Origin: Alphaproteobacteria bacterium
GTDB taxonomy: Bacteria > Pseudomonadota > Alphaproteobacteria > SP197
Reading direction: 5' to 3'
NCBI GenBank assembly: GCA_965228895.1
Contig: OZ245842.1
Coordinates: 896,001 to 960,000, forward strand
DNA: 64,000 nt
Below are positions 38,358-48,786 of this stretch, piece after piece. Made by a program: the position numbers and the translations under genes. Below the pieces are notes generated by a model. The model worked only from the letters and a program-made list of their open reading frames with translations. It did not search any database and was not told where the DNA came from. Each line of letters begins with the position of its first letter. The stretch's first letter is position 1.

Positions 38358-38749
38358 CACACAGGCCACAAATAATTCAGTCCTAATAAGGGTTGAAATA
38401 ACACAACCTGTCGAGGCGGGCAAGGTCTGAGACGTGGAAAAAGGATTAGGCCTATCTCCGCGCTGGCCATCTGACCTCGGTAGTCCGACCGTTGGCGAAG
38501 TCCGTTGAGGGCACGCTAAGAACACGGCCCTGATAGCGTCGTGTTGGACCTGTGTTTAGCGCCTGTTAGGTCCCTGATTTGCTCGTGTTTTGCACGTGTT
38601 TGGACCGTGTTCTTTTTTGCATGCCGATACCGCCGAATTGGCGCCAACGCGTTGAATTTGCTGCAAGGTGATCCCAGCTTTGTGGGATTTCTGAAGCAAA
38701 TTTTAGCCGGAAAAGGCAAAGAACACGTGATTTGCTGGAGTTTTGCGCG

Positions 38750-38783
38750 GAGACGGGTTCGCAGCAGACTGCCTGCACCGCCA
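38750..38783 (+). other. tRNA-3'-end-like putative attachment site / island border
   Basis: GAGACGGGTTCGCAGCAGACTGCCTGCACCGCCA has a GGTTCG T-loop-like motif and ends in CCGCCA; it lies where accessory genes give way to GC-rich core-like genes. Confidence 0.5.
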
Positions 38784-38893
38784 GGGTTTCCTCAGCGAGC
38801 ATTCGGCCCGTGCGGATCCACGTTTAGGAAAAACCATCTGTCATTTGTGGCCGTTGCCAGCCGCACGCCCGGCGCGGTGCGGGCCAACTGGCG

Positions 38894-40924
38894 TTATCCA
38901 GCGATGTCGGCGTTTGAGACCAAGACGGGTCCGCTGATGCGATCGGTCGCCGTCGCCCCGCTCGCGAGGTCGGTCCAGAAGCTATTCTCGCGCACGGGAA
39001 GCGAAACAAGCTGCGATGCGTCGAGATTGGTCTTGGGCAGCAACAGAGCCGTTGCCCCGGCGCGGCCGCCGAGTTCCACGATGCGCGCCTGACCGTCGTC
39101 TCTCACCGCGACAATGTCACAGCCGCCGGCGAGGGCGCCGTGAAGATGGCGAACGATATGGGCGCCGGCCAGTGGATTGTAGAGGCGGTCAACCAGGCCG
39201 CCGCTGAAATAGTAGCCGCGGTCGATGCCGGTGAAATTGTCGAGAAACACGGTCACATCGCGATACGCCATGGCGGCGGTCACCGCTTCGGCGATCCGGT
39301 TGGCATCGTGACGGTCGGCCTCGTCCTGGTCCACGGGTTTACGATGGGCGAACTGGACATGGATGGCCGCTGAGATCCCGAGCCCCGCCGCGACATTGCG
39401 CGCGCTCTCGATCGCCGGGGCTGGCGCATCCTGCCAGCCGATGCCGAAGACGACACCGTCGATGGCATCGCGCGCGCCCGGCAGAGCAAGCAGGGCTTCG
39501 ACGGCACCGCGTTCATCGGTCGCCAGGCCATGACTGCTGCTGAAGGCCTCGACATCGACGCGGTAAGCGTTGAAATGGACCGGTGTCTCACCTTTCACCT
39601 CGGCGATGTCGGAGAGCAGATCGGACACGCTGGTGATCGGCGCGATGACTTCCCAGGCCGCCAGACAATCACCGCGTTCCCTCAGAGCGTCACGCGTCGC
39701 GCCCTTCGGCAGGCCATAGGAATAGGCCGTGAAACGGTGACCGAGGGCGGCAAGCTCGACCATGCGCGCGCCGGTCTCAGGGTCGGCCAGGTCATCCAGC
39801 GGCACGCGCAGGTCGCGCACACCCATCTCCCATAGCGCCATGAGCGGATAGTCGTTGCGGATCCGCTTGCGGCTGAAGGCATCGATTCCCCAGGGTGTCG
39901 GGATATCGGCGCCGTCGCACCACGGTTGGCGCAGGTAAAGGCCAACGCCGCGCGCACCTGGTTTCAGGCCGTGGACGGACGGCATTGCGGTCGACGTTTG
40001 GTGCAGAGTTTCCTCTGCTGCGAGTGTCTGGCCGTGGGTGCGAACGATGTGATTGAGGTGGCCGGTGTCGTAGACCTCGACGATGCCGTAACCCAGTTTG
40101 GCGCCGTCATGGCGTCCCTGTTTCATGCCGGGCGCGACACGGAACAGCTCGTGGTAGTCGTGACGCAGGAAGCATATCGACGGCAGCACGTAACAGTTCG
40201 TCGCGTCATGACGGTTAAAGAAGAAGTTGTGAACGTGGCCGGCGTAGAATGCCTCAATACCGTGACGCTCAAGCAAACCAAGCAGCCATGTTCGTCCCGG
40301 TTCGTCGGTGGCGTCATAGTGGCCGGATTCGTCGGCGTCGGACAGATAGGGCGGGTAGTGCGAAAACATGAAGACGCGCCGGCCCTGGTTTTTTTGCAGT
40401 AAGTCTTCAAGCCATTCGCGTTGACGGGTCTCGCACGCCAGGCCCGAGTTGACGATCATGCCGTTGATCACCACGAACAGGCAGTCCTCGTGCTCGAACG
40501 CATAGAAGTGATCCTGAAACTGCCGTTCGTATTCGGCGATCATCTCATCGTTGACGGTCCGTTGCGCTTGCTGCGGGGAGAGCGGCTCGCCCGGGAACGC
40601 CTTCTCGCCGATGTCGTGATTGCCGGCCACCAGATGAAGCGGGCATTGGAGATCGGCGTAGACCCGATGGAAACGCGCGGCTGAGTCGTCATAGGCCGGC
40701 GTACCGGGTTCGGGATGGGTTATGTCGCCCAGATGGACAACAAAGTCCGGCGCGAGCTGGTTGATCTGGTGGACAACGTAGCGCGACCGGTCTGCACCCA
40801 GCCTGACCGTATCGACGTCATAACCACCGATCGCGTCGGCCTCGGCCTCGGTAACGTGTGTATCGGCGACTACGGCGAAGGTGAATAGACGTTGACCCGC
40901 GACGGCGGGTTTGATTGGCATCAT
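38894..40924 (-). CDS. Calcineurin-like metallophosphoesterase with a long C-terminal extension
   Basis: ADTH, HLGDI, AGNHD, SHYP, AGHVH. Confidence 0.88.
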   Translation of the reverse strand: MMPIKPAVAGQRLFTFAVVADTHVTEAEADAIGGYDVDTVRLGADRSRYVVHQINQLAPDFVVHLGDITHPEPGTPAYDDSAARFHRVYADLQCPLHLVAGNHDIGEKAFPGEPLSPQQAQRTVNDEMIAEYERQFQDHFYAFEHEDCLFVVINGMIVNSGLACETRQREWLEDLLQKNQGRRVFMFSHYPPYLSDADESGHYDATDEPGRTWLLGLLERHGIEAFYAGHVHNFFFNRHDATNCYVLPSICFLRHDYHELFRVAPGMKQGRHDGAKLGYGIVEVYDTGHLNHIVRTHGQTLAAEETLHQTSTAMPSVHGLKPGARGVGLYLRQPWCDGADIPTPWGIDAFSRKRIRNDYPLMALWEMGVRDLRVPLDDLADPETGARMVELAALGHRFTAYSYGLPKGATRDALRERGDCLAAWEVIAPITSVSDLLSDIAEVKGETPVHFNAYRVDVEAFSSSHGLATDERGAVEALLALPGARDAIDGVVFGIGWQDAPAPAIESARNVAAGLGISAAIHVQFAHRKPVDQDEADRHDANRIAEAVTAAMAYRDVTVFLDNFTGIDRGYYFSGGLVDRLYNPLAGAHIVRHLHGALAGGCDIVAVRDDGQARIVELGGRAGATALLLPKTNLDASQLVSLPVRENSFWTDLASGATATDRISGPVLVSNADIAG

Positions 40925-41009
40925 CGCGCTCTACTGATCCGGTCGCGCATGGATATCGTTGGTTCCACGGACCGTTGTCCGCTGAAGGCCATTGCCATGG
41001 TCGCGTCGC

Positions 41010-41372
41010 TTAAGCCGCGATCATATAGAACTTGCGCAGCGTCTTTGTGATCTCCCAGGTACACGGCGTGCCCTTGGGAATGAAGAAGGTGTCGCCGGAC
41101 ACATAGGTTTCGGCTTTGCCGTCAGCGTCGGTGACCGTTACCGAGCCGTCCAGGACCGTCATCATTTCGTTGACTGGATAAGCGTCAATCTCTTCCTTGC
41201 ACGGCGCGCACTCCCAGACGCCGGTCAGAATGCTCTCGTCATCGGACGTGTAGGCGTGGGAGATCATCTCGGTCTGGTCGCTGGTCGTGAACGCTTCGGC
41301 TTGGATGAGATTGGATGGCACCATACCGCCAGCATGGCCTTCGGAAATCAGTCGTGCAGGTTTGTTGGTCAT
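41010..41372 (-). CDS. Cupin (DUF861/EutQ-like)
   Basis: GVWEC.P...NEMMTVLDGSV...GDTFFIPKG...W...LRKFY. Confidence 0.9.
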   Translation of the reverse strand: MTNKPARLISEGHAGGMVPSNLIQAEAFTTSDQTEMISHAYTSDDESILTGVWECAPCKEEIDAYPVNEMMTVLDGSVTVTDADGKAETYVSGDTFFIPKGTPCTWEITKTLRKFYMIAA

Positions 41373-41471
41373 GGCGGTCTCCTCATGTTCATGACGGCTT
41401 CGTCGTTCGCGCGGTCATGATGGACCGCCGTAGCGCAGACCTCAAGATGAGCTGACTGTCGGCCACGAGTG

Positions 41472-42902
41472 TCAGGATTTGCCGAAACCCATGACCGCCT
41501 TGGTTTCGGTGAACTCCGCCAGGCCGTGCTCGCCCCACTCGCGGCCGTTGCCCGAATGCCGGTAGCCGCCGAACGGCGCGGCAGGGTCGGCGGGTGCGCC
41601 GTTCAGGTGCACCATGCCGACACGCAGCTTGCGCGACACGGCGCGGGCGCGCTCCAGATCCGGGGCCTCGACATAGGCGGCCAAGCCGAACGGCGTATCG
41701 TTGGCGATCTCGATGGCTTCGCCCTCATTCGCATAGGGCAGAATGCTCAACACGGGGCCGAAGATTTCTTCGCGGGCGATGGTCATGCCGGGGGACACGT
41801 TCGAAAACACGGTCGGCTTGACGTAGAATCCTTGCGCAAGCCCGTCCGGTCGCCCGGGGCCACCGTGGACGAGGGTCGCGCCTTCGTCGATCCCGAGCTC
41901 GATGTGACGTTGAATGCTCTGCCACTGCTTGGCCGAGACAACGGGGCCGAGGACGGTTTCGGGCTCGTCGGGGTGGCCGACGCGGATCTTTTCGGCTGCG
42001 CGCTCTGCGATGGCCTCGACCTCCGCCAAACGCGATGCGGGCACCAGCATGCGCGTCGGAGAATTGCAGGATTGGCCGGCGTTCCGGAAACAAAGCTGTA
42101 CGCCACGTGTGACCGCGTCGTCGAAATCGATGCCGTCCAGAAGGATGTTCGCCGACTTGCCGCCGAGTTCCTGGCCGACGCGTTTCACCGTGGGCGCCGC
42201 GGCCTGCGCGACGGCGATACCCGCGTTTGTCGAACCGGTAAACGAGATCATGTCGACATCCGGGTGCGCGGCGAGCGCCGCGCCGACGACCGGGCCTTCG
42301 CCCTGGATAAGATTGAACACGCCGGCGGGCACGCCGGCTTCGTCTAGGATTTCGGCGAGGATGATCGCCGGATCCGGCGCAAGTTCCGAGGCCTTCAAGA
42401 CCATCGTGCAACCGGCGGCCAGCGCCGGACCGACCTTGCAGGTGATCTGATTCATTGGCCAGTTCCAAGGCACGATCATGCCGCAGACGCCGATCGGCTC
42501 ATGCATCACACGGGTCGTGCCGAGGTCTTGCTCGAAGGCATGGGCCTCCAGTATCGCGAGAACCTGCTTGAAGTGGCTTAAGCCCGCTCCCGCCTGGAAG
42601 CGTGTGGCGAACGCCCGGGGCGCGCCCATCTGGCGGGATATGGCCTCACCTATGTCATCGAACCGGCTTTTGTAGAGGTCGACAATACGCTGCAGCAACG
42701 CCATGCGTTCGGTCAGCGGCGTATCGGCATACGAACTGAAGGCCTTCCGCGCTGCCGCCACGGCGCGGTCGACATCGGCCTGTTCGCCCAGAATCAGCTC
42801 GCCGCCAACCTCCTCGGTCGCGGGATTGACGAGGGGCTGCGTTCGCGTGCCGGCCGGCTTCACCCATTCGCCGCCGATGTAAAACCCGGTTCTTGATGTC
42901 AT
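41472..42902 (-). CDS. Aldehyde dehydrogenase
   Basis: PWNWP, FTGS, ELGGKS, GQSC, EEIFGP, PFGGY. Confidence 0.95.
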   Translation of the reverse strand: MTSRTGFYIGGEWVKPAGTRTQPLVNPATEEVGGELILGEQADVDRAVAAARKAFSSYADTPLTERMALLQRIVDLYKSRFDDIGEAISRQMGAPRAFATRFQAGAGLSHFKQVLAILEAHAFEQDLGTTRVMHEPIGVCGMIVPWNWPMNQITCKVGPALAAGCTMVLKASELAPDPAIILAEILDEAGVPAGVFNLIQGEGPVVGAALAAHPDVDMISFTGSTNAGIAVAQAAAPTVKRVGQELGGKSANILLDGIDFDDAVTRGVQLCFRNAGQSCNSPTRMLVPASRLAEVEAIAERAAEKIRVGHPDEPETVLGPVVSAKQWQSIQRHIELGIDEGATLVHGGPGRPDGLAQGFYVKPTVFSNVSPGMTIAREEIFGPVLSILPYANEGEAIEIANDTPFGLAAYVEAPDLERARAVSRKLRVGMVHLNGAPADPAAPFGGYRHSGNGREWGEHGLAEFTETKAVMGFGKS

Positions 42903-43119
42903 CTGGAGTCTCGTTGTTTTTGGGACCGTACCGTCTGGTCGGCGGCCATGCTCTCGCAATGCCAGCCGTGCGGCCCGCTTAGCACATGTCAGAGTGCGCC
43001 GCATCGGTTGTGATACGCGCCTTCCCGCGATCAGAGATCGCCATCAAAGGTGGCCCGTCGTCTCAGCCTACAAGCGGCCGTGCGGCATGGGTGGCGCCGC
43101 ACGGCCGGTCGTCGCGGAG

Positions 43120-44355
43120 TTACCAGAAGAGATGCGGTGTCGGCGTGATCTCGTCGACACCGTCGGCGGTGACGATGAAGTTGGTCTCGAAGGTTGCGGT
43201 GCCTGCTTCCTTGGATTCAAAGAACGCCTCGACGGAATGGACCATGTTCTCTTCGAACAGTTCGTCGTCGCCGCAGATCCGCGATTCGATATAGGGCGCC
43301 TCCCACATGCAGCCGACGCTGTGACCGTAATAGGGCCAGGCGGTCTTGAGGATCTCCGACTGGTAGCCTGACGCTTCGGAAAGCTTGTCACCCAGAAGCG
43401 CGACATCCTTGACCTTCACGCCCGGTTTGATGGCCGCCATCAGCTGTTCCATGACGTCGACCAGTGTCTCGATCAGGTGTTTCTGCGCCGGCTTCGGCTT
43501 GCCGCCGCAGACTGCCGTACGGCCGGGATCGAGCCAGTAACCCTTGTAGATCGGCCCATAGATGAAGCCGTGCACGATGTCGCCCTTTGCCGGCGTCTTG
43601 GTGCTGAAGCCCTGGATCGGATCGCTCTCAAGGTACTGGCTGACGGCGCCATGCGAGATAGCGATGCGGTGCCAGTTGCAAGCCTTCTCCAGCAGGATCT
43701 TGCCGGCGGCGCCCGCTGCCTCGCCTTCCGACTTGCCCTGGATCAGCGCTTCCATCAACGCGACGTGGGCCTTGGTGACGATCTCGCCGGCTTCGCGGTA
43801 AAGCGCGATTTCCAGCGGGCTCTTGATCAGTCGCACGTTGCGGATCAGGTCGTCTTCGTGAACCCATTCGATCTGCGGTGTCTTGGCTTCCAATTGCAGC
43901 CAGTACTTCATCGGAAAGAAGTCCGTGCCGACGAGGGCGACACGCCCTTCGATGTTGCGTTCGCGAAGCCGCTCCGCCAAGCCGCCGACGGGGTCATAGA
44001 GGCCGCTAAACCGGTCGGTCGCGATCTGGTCGTAACGTGCCTCTGTCTCATCGGTGATCAGCTCGGGCACCTCACCGGGCTGCAGGATGACGGCGCTGAA
44101 CGAACGCGCGTTCCACAGGTTGGTGTCGGGCTCCTGGCCGGAATGGGTGGAAAAGAAATTGGTCAGGTAGAGCATGTCGCCGGCGCGTTCGTAGACACCG
44201 GATGTCTTGCCGAAGACCACCGCGCAATCGTAACCGAGCCGAGCCATCTCGGCGTGCGCCTTGTCCCACCGCGCCTCGTACTCGTCGAGAGGAAACGGCC
44301 GGATATCCGACTGCGCCTGAAGATTGCTTGATCGGGGATAGGATGAACTGTTCAT
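43120..44355 (-). CDS. M24 (Xaa-Pro peptidase/creatinase-like) hydrolase
   Basis: EYEARW, RLIKSPLEI, GYWLDPGRT, GHSVG, HSVE, FETN. Confidence 0.85.
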   Translation of the reverse strand: MNSSSYPRSSNLQAQSDIRPFPLDEYEARWDKAHAEMARLGYDCAVVFGKTSGVYERAGDMLYLTNFFSTHSGQEPDTNLWNARSFSAVILQPGEVPELITDETEARYDQIATDRFSGLYDPVGGLAERLRERNIEGRVALVGTDFFPMKYWLQLEAKTPQIEWVHEDDLIRNVRLIKSPLEIALYREAGEIVTKAHVALMEALIQGKSEGEAAGAAGKILLEKACNWHRIAISHGAVSQYLESDPIQGFSTKTPAKGDIVHGFIYGPIYKGYWLDPGRTAVCGGKPKPAQKHLIETLVDVMEQLMAAIKPGVKVKDVALLGDKLSEASGYQSEILKTAWPYYGHSVGCMWEAPYIESRICGDDELFEENMVHSVEAFFESKEAGTATFETNFIVTADGVDEITPTPHLFW

Positions 44356-44567
44356 GGCATGCCCTTCCATGGTTGGCGCCCCGGGACGGTAAGGTCGCGA
44401 GGCCTGCTCTGTGTCAGCCGTTCCGGGAGATACCTGTGCTCAAAGGCCGCTGACCCGCCCATCGGCAAAGGTCAACGGTCGCCACAGTCCCCAGACGACA
44501 GTTCTGCGGCCAGCCTAGGAGGCCCCTCGGGACCCGACAATGGTGTCCCCAGTCACCCCTTGGACGA

Positions 44568-45665
44568 TCAGCCGGCCATCAGGGCATTCCGCGGTGTGGC
44601 GTCGTGGGCCAAAAGACCATGAAGAATGAGCGAGAAGAGCTCGCGCTCGGTGGTGATATCGAGCTTCTGATAGAGCCGGTAGCGGTGATTCTTTACGCTG
44701 CCGTGACTGATGCCGAGCTTCTTGGCGATCAGGTCGTTGGGAAATCCCAGCATGACAAAGGCGATGATCTCCGCCTCTCTGGGGGTCAGCCCATGGCGAT
44801 CGCGGAACTGGGCGACCACACTGTTCCGGTCCGTGTCCAGAGCGTCGGGCGCGCGTTCCTCGACCGCGCAAATCCAGCCGCCCGGCGCGACGCCAAAGGC
44901 CTCGTCCAACTGCTGCCAGTGCAGGCTTTGGTCGCGATCCAGCGGGATCATACCGGACGGTCCCCGTAGCATGGCGGTTATCTGGACGAGTTCGGGATGG
45001 GTTTCCTCCATCGCCTGCCAGTCGTCGCTTTGGTAGAGCAGCCGCTTGTTGCGGTCCAACAGCATCATGACACCGGGCAGTTCCCAGACCGGCTGATTGC
45101 CGCCGCCGACGGTCAGGCGAAGGACCTGATCCAGATGCGCCGCATGAAGCGCGTCGAGCAGGGGGTAGAGGCGACGTATGGCGTCGATTTCGTGATCCTG
45201 GAACCGGCGTGTCGACTGATCGCAGCACACACCGATGAAGACCTGGCCGGGCGCCGGCAACAGGACGGCCAGCTCGTCATAGATCAACGCCGTCCGGCGG
45301 ATGGTGTCGTAGTAAGGGTTGTCGCCGTCGTCGCGGCGCAGCGCGCTCAAGGCAACGACAGCGCCGGCCTCCTGGGTCCTGCTGTACTGATAGAGCGGAT
45401 CGACGCGATAGAGGTCGGCCCGATAGAACTCGATCGCCTCGTCGGTCATCGCCGTGTTGATGATGAACTCCGGCGCGCCATAGCGGTTGTACCGAATGAC
45501 GATCAGGCGCTCGCTGCCCAAGAGTTCGGCCAGAAGACGCGCCAGTTCCTGATAGAAGCGGGGCGTACACACGGCGCGCGCAACCGCCGCCAGATTGCGG
45601 TGCAGCGATGCCGGGCCGACATCCAGAGGATTTGTCTCGGCCATTGTGTCAGGGACGTGCTCCAC
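44568..45665 (-). CDS. LuxR-family transcriptional regulator
   Basis: LTPREAEII...GFPNDLIAKKLGISHGSVKNHRYRLYQKLDI. Confidence 0.9.
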   Translation of the reverse strand: MEHVPDTMAETNPLDVGPASLHRNLAAVARAVCTPRFYQELARLLAELLGSERLIVIRYNRYGAPEFIINTAMTDEAIEFYRADLYRVDPLYQYSRTQEAGAVVALSALRRDDGDNPYYDTIRRTALIYDELAVLLPAPGQVFIGVCCDQSTRRFQDHEIDAIRRLYPLLDALHAAHLDQVLRLTVGGGNQPVWELPGVMMLLDRNKRLLYQSDDWQAMEETHPELVQITAMLRGPSGMIPLDRDQSLHWQQLDEAFGVAPGGWICAVEERAPDALDTDRNSVVAQFRDRHGLTPREAEIIAFVMLGFPNDLIAKKLGISHGSVKNHRYRLYQKLDITTERELFSLILHGLLAHDATPRNALMAG

Positions 45666-45695
45666 AGGCGCAGTCTAGAGCCTGCCGCCGCGGGG

Positions 45696-47126
45696 TTAAA
45701 TGGTGCTGTCGCCGGCCTTGCTTGCCGCCTTCACCGCTTCGTAGCCAGCCAAGGCCGCGGATCGTGCGGCGGCGTGGTCGACGATGGGCCGCGGATAGGT
45801 GGTTCCAAGTATGACTCCAGCAGCACGCAGTACTTCTTCCGTCGCTTTGAACGGTGCGTGGATCATCTTGTTGTCGAGTCCGGCAAGCTCCGGGCACCAG
45901 CGTCTGACATAGGCGCCGTCGGGGTCGAACTTCTCGCCCTGTGTCATGGGATTGAAGATGCGGAAATAGGGCGCGGCGTCGGCGCCACAGCCGGCAACCC
46001 ACTGCCAGCTTGCCGCGTTGTTGGCGAGATCGGCGTCGAGCAACGTGTCCCAGAACCATGCCTCGCCGTGCGACCAGTGAAGGCGCAGGTGCTTGACCAG
46101 AAAGCTGGCCACGACCATGCGCACACGGTTGTGCATGTAGCCGGTCTGCCAGAGTTCGCGCATGCCGGCATCGATCAGGGGATAGCCGGTCTGGCCTTTT
46201 TGCCAAGCTTTAAGGTCCGCGTCGTCGTCACGCCAGGGATAAGCGTCGAAAGCCGGACGCCAGTTGTGCTCGGGTAAGGTCGGAAAGTGATAGAGCAGGT
46301 GATAGGAGAATTCCCGCCATCCGATTTCGCTCAGGAACTTGTCGACGTCCTTGCGGTATGCGGGTTCGCGTTCAGCCACGAACTGGGCACGTGTCCAGAT
46401 CTGGCGCGGCGAAATCTCTCCCCAATGCAGATGCGGTGACAGCCGCGAGACGTTCGCCTTGTCCGGCCGATCCCGCAGACCGCCGTAACCGGCAAGGCCG
46501 TTTTCGAGAAAGCTGTCCAGTCTTGTCTGGGCACCGGCTTCGCCAGGCTGCCAAAGGTTATCCCAACCTTCAGCCCAGTCGGGTGATGACGGCAGGAGAT
46601 TCCAGTCGTCGAGATCATCGCCGTAAGTTGGCGCTGCTTCGGCATCGATCTTCGGAGCGTTGAGCGGTCGCGCGACCTCTTGCCGTTGGGCCGCCCGCCA
46701 GAAAGGTGAATAGACCTTGAACGGCCCGCCCTGGCCGGTCTTAACCTCCCAGGGCTCAACCAACAGGGAGCCGTTGAAGCTCTGCACGTCTAAGCCGCGT
46801 TCGCGCAAGGCTGCCTTGATTGTCTTGTCGCGCGTTGTGGCGTGGGGTTCGTAGCAGCGGTTCCAGCAGACAGCATCGGCGCCCGTCTGGTCGATAAGCG
46901 CGTTCAGAACGTCCAGCGGGTCGCCGCGCGTCAAGATGAATTCGGGAACGTCGTTCTTGAGCGCGGCGAGGCTCTTGTGCAGCCACCAACGGCTCGCGCC
47001 GCCCAGCGGTCGCCCGCCATCGTCCAGAATGTAGACGGGGACAACGGTGCCGCGTTCGGCGGCGTGGGTGAGGGCCGGGTTGTCGGAGAGACGGAGGTCC
47101 TGGCGAAACCACATGATGGTCTTCAT
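45696..47126 (-). CDS. CPD DNA photolyase (class I/III)
   Basis: WFRQDLRLSDNPAL, SRLSPHLHWGEIS, GQTGYPLIDAGMRELWQTGYMHNRVRM, WQWVAG, YFRIFNP. Confidence 0.96.
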   Translation of the reverse strand: MKTIMWFRQDLRLSDNPALTHAAERGTVVPVYILDDGGRPLGGASRWWLHKSLAALKNDVPEFILTRGDPLDVLNALIDQTGADAVCWNRCYEPHATTRDKTIKAALRERGLDVQSFNGSLLVEPWEVKTGQGGPFKVYSPFWRAAQRQEVARPLNAPKIDAEAAPTYGDDLDDWNLLPSSPDWAEGWDNLWQPGEAGAQTRLDSFLENGLAGYGGLRDRPDKANVSRLSPHLHWGEISPRQIWTRAQFVAEREPAYRKDVDKFLSEIGWREFSYHLLYHFPTLPEHNWRPAFDAYPWRDDDADLKAWQKGQTGYPLIDAGMRELWQTGYMHNRVRMVVASFLVKHLRLHWSHGEAWFWDTLLDADLANNAASWQWVAGCGADAAPYFRIFNPMTQGEKFDPDGAYVRRWCPELAGLDNKMIHAPFKATEEVLRAAGVILGTTYPRPIVDHAAARSAALAGYEAVKAASKAGDSTI

Positions 47127-47154
47127 GACAGGTCTCCTGTTGGTCTAGGCGGTG

Positions 47155-48684
47155 TCATGGCAGCGTTGCCAGAAACGACGCGGCACTCTGCCGATAGGCA
47201 GCCTGCTTTTCCCCATCCATGCGATCCCACGTGGCGTAGACATTGGTAAGACGAGGATTGCCGCACAACACATCCGCGTTGCGGTCCAGGAAGTCCCAAT
47301 AGAGCGCGTTGAACGGGCAGGCGCCATCGCCTGTCTTCTGGTTCACGTCGAATCGGCAGCCGCCGCAATAGTCGGACATCTTGTTGATGTAGTTGCCGCT
47401 TGCCGCATAGGGTTTCGACGCGAGCAGTCCGCCATCGGCAAACTGGCTCATGCCAAGCGTGTTCGGCAGTTCGACCCATTCATAGGCATCCGCATAGACC
47501 ATCAGATACCATTCGTGAACCGCGCGCGGTGCGACGCCTACCAGCATGGCGAAGTTGCCGGTGATCATCAGCCGCTGGATATGATGGGCATAGGCCTCTT
47601 CCTTGGTCTGGGTGATCGCGGCGCTGAGGCACGCCATGTCCGTCTCACCGGTCCAATAGAAGTCGGGCAGCGGGCGCGATGCGCCGAAGGCGTTCTTGTC
47701 AAGATAACCGGGCATGGTGAGCCAATAGATACCGCGCACATATTCGCGCCAGCCTATGATCTGGCGGATGAACCCTTCCGCGGCGTTGATCGGCACATGA
47801 CCGGCGTAGTAGGCGGCTTCGACGTCGCGGCAGACGTCGAGTGGGTCCAACAGACCGGCATTGATGGTGTGGCTGAGGACGCTGTGATAGAGGAAGCGGT
47901 GGTCCCTCAGCATCGCGTCCTGATAGTCGCCGAAAGACGGCAGGACGGTTTCAACAAAGTGATCGAGCGCCGCTTCAGCCTGCGCCGCCGTCACGGCGAA
48001 CCAGAAGGGGTGGAGGTCACCGAAGTGGTCGCCGAAACGGTCGGCGACCAAGCGGAGCACCTCCTGTGTCGTCTCGTCGGGATCGAAGCGCGGGGGCTGC
48101 GGCATGAGGAGATCGGATTTTGCCGGCTTCCTGTTGTCGCGATCGAAGTTCCATCGACCGCCCGCCGGTTTTCCGCCGTCCATCAAGAGGCCGGTTCGCT
48201 GACGCATCTCCCGATAAAAGTGTTCCATGCGCAGCTGTTTGCGTCCTTCGGCCCAGCGCGCGAAGTCGGTGCGTGAACAGACGAATCGGTCGTCGTCCAG
48301 GATGGTCGTCGGCAGGCGGAAACGTTCGGCCCACCTCTCCATCGTGGCGCGCACCCGCCACTCGCCGGGCTCGCAGATCAGCATAGATGTTGGCTGATGA
48401 CGTCTTATGGCGCGTTCGACCTCGCCGGTGAACGAGCCGGTGTTGCCGTCATCGTCCAGGCGCACATAGTCGACTTGCCAGCCGCCCTCGCGAAGACGGT
48501 CGGCGAAGTGGCGCATGGCGGAAAACAGGAAGGCGATCTTCTTCTTGTGATGGCGTACGTAGGTTGCCTCCTCCACAACCTCGACCATCAAGATCCGGTC
48601 GCGGCCCTTGTCCGCCGCCTTTAGCGACGAAAGGGAGAACGATAGCTGGTCGCCAAGGATAAGGACGAGTCGACGTTCGACCAT
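47155..48684 (-). CDS. FeS bacterial cryptochrome/(6-4) photolyase (PhrB/CryB family)
   Basis: LILGDQL, HKKKI, MEHFYR, HHIQRLMITGN, DAYEWVE.PN; Fe-S cysteines in MACL, YCGGC and ACPF. Confidence 0.95.
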   Translation of the reverse strand: MVERRLVLILGDQLSFSLSSLKAADKGRDRILMVEVVEEATYVRHHKKKIAFLFSAMRHFADRLREGGWQVDYVRLDDDGNTGSFTGEVERAIRRHQPTSMLICEPGEWRVRATMERWAERFRLPTTILDDDRFVCSRTDFARWAEGRKQLRMEHFYREMRQRTGLLMDGGKPAGGRWNFDRDNRKPAKSDLLMPQPPRFDPDETTQEVLRLVADRFGDHFGDLHPFWFAVTAAQAEAALDHFVETVLPSFGDYQDAMLRDHRFLYHSVLSHTINAGLLDPLDVCRDVEAAYYAGHVPINAAEGFIRQIIGWREYVRGIYWLTMPGYLDKNAFGASRPLPDFYWTGETDMACLSAAITQTKEEAYAHHIQRLMITGNFAMLVGVAPRAVHEWYLMVYADAYEWVELPNTLGMSQFADGGLLASKPYAASGNYINKMSDYCGGCRFDVNQKTGDGACPFNALYWDFLDRNADVLCGNPRLTNVYATWDRMDGEKQAAYRQSAASFLATLP

Positions 48685-48786
48685 AGCGGGATTTGAGCCG
48701 GTGAAGAGGGGTTCTGACTCTCTTACGCAGCAACACGACCGGTGTATCACCGTCTACAAGAAGGCGCAGCGCCTCCGGGTTCACCG

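Larger units (their letters stand above)
1..38783. mobile_element. Defence/genomic island (left end and integrase outside the window)
   Basis: Dense R-M and nuclease genes, patchy and visibly lower GC between about 14.5 and 35.5 kb, ParB-MTase/DUF5681 module, att-like right border. Confidence 0.75.

Noticed and set aside
38700-38783. Intact tRNA gene
   Set aside because: Only a T-loop-like motif and a CCA-like end are present; I could not build a D-arm, anticodon arm or acceptor pairing.
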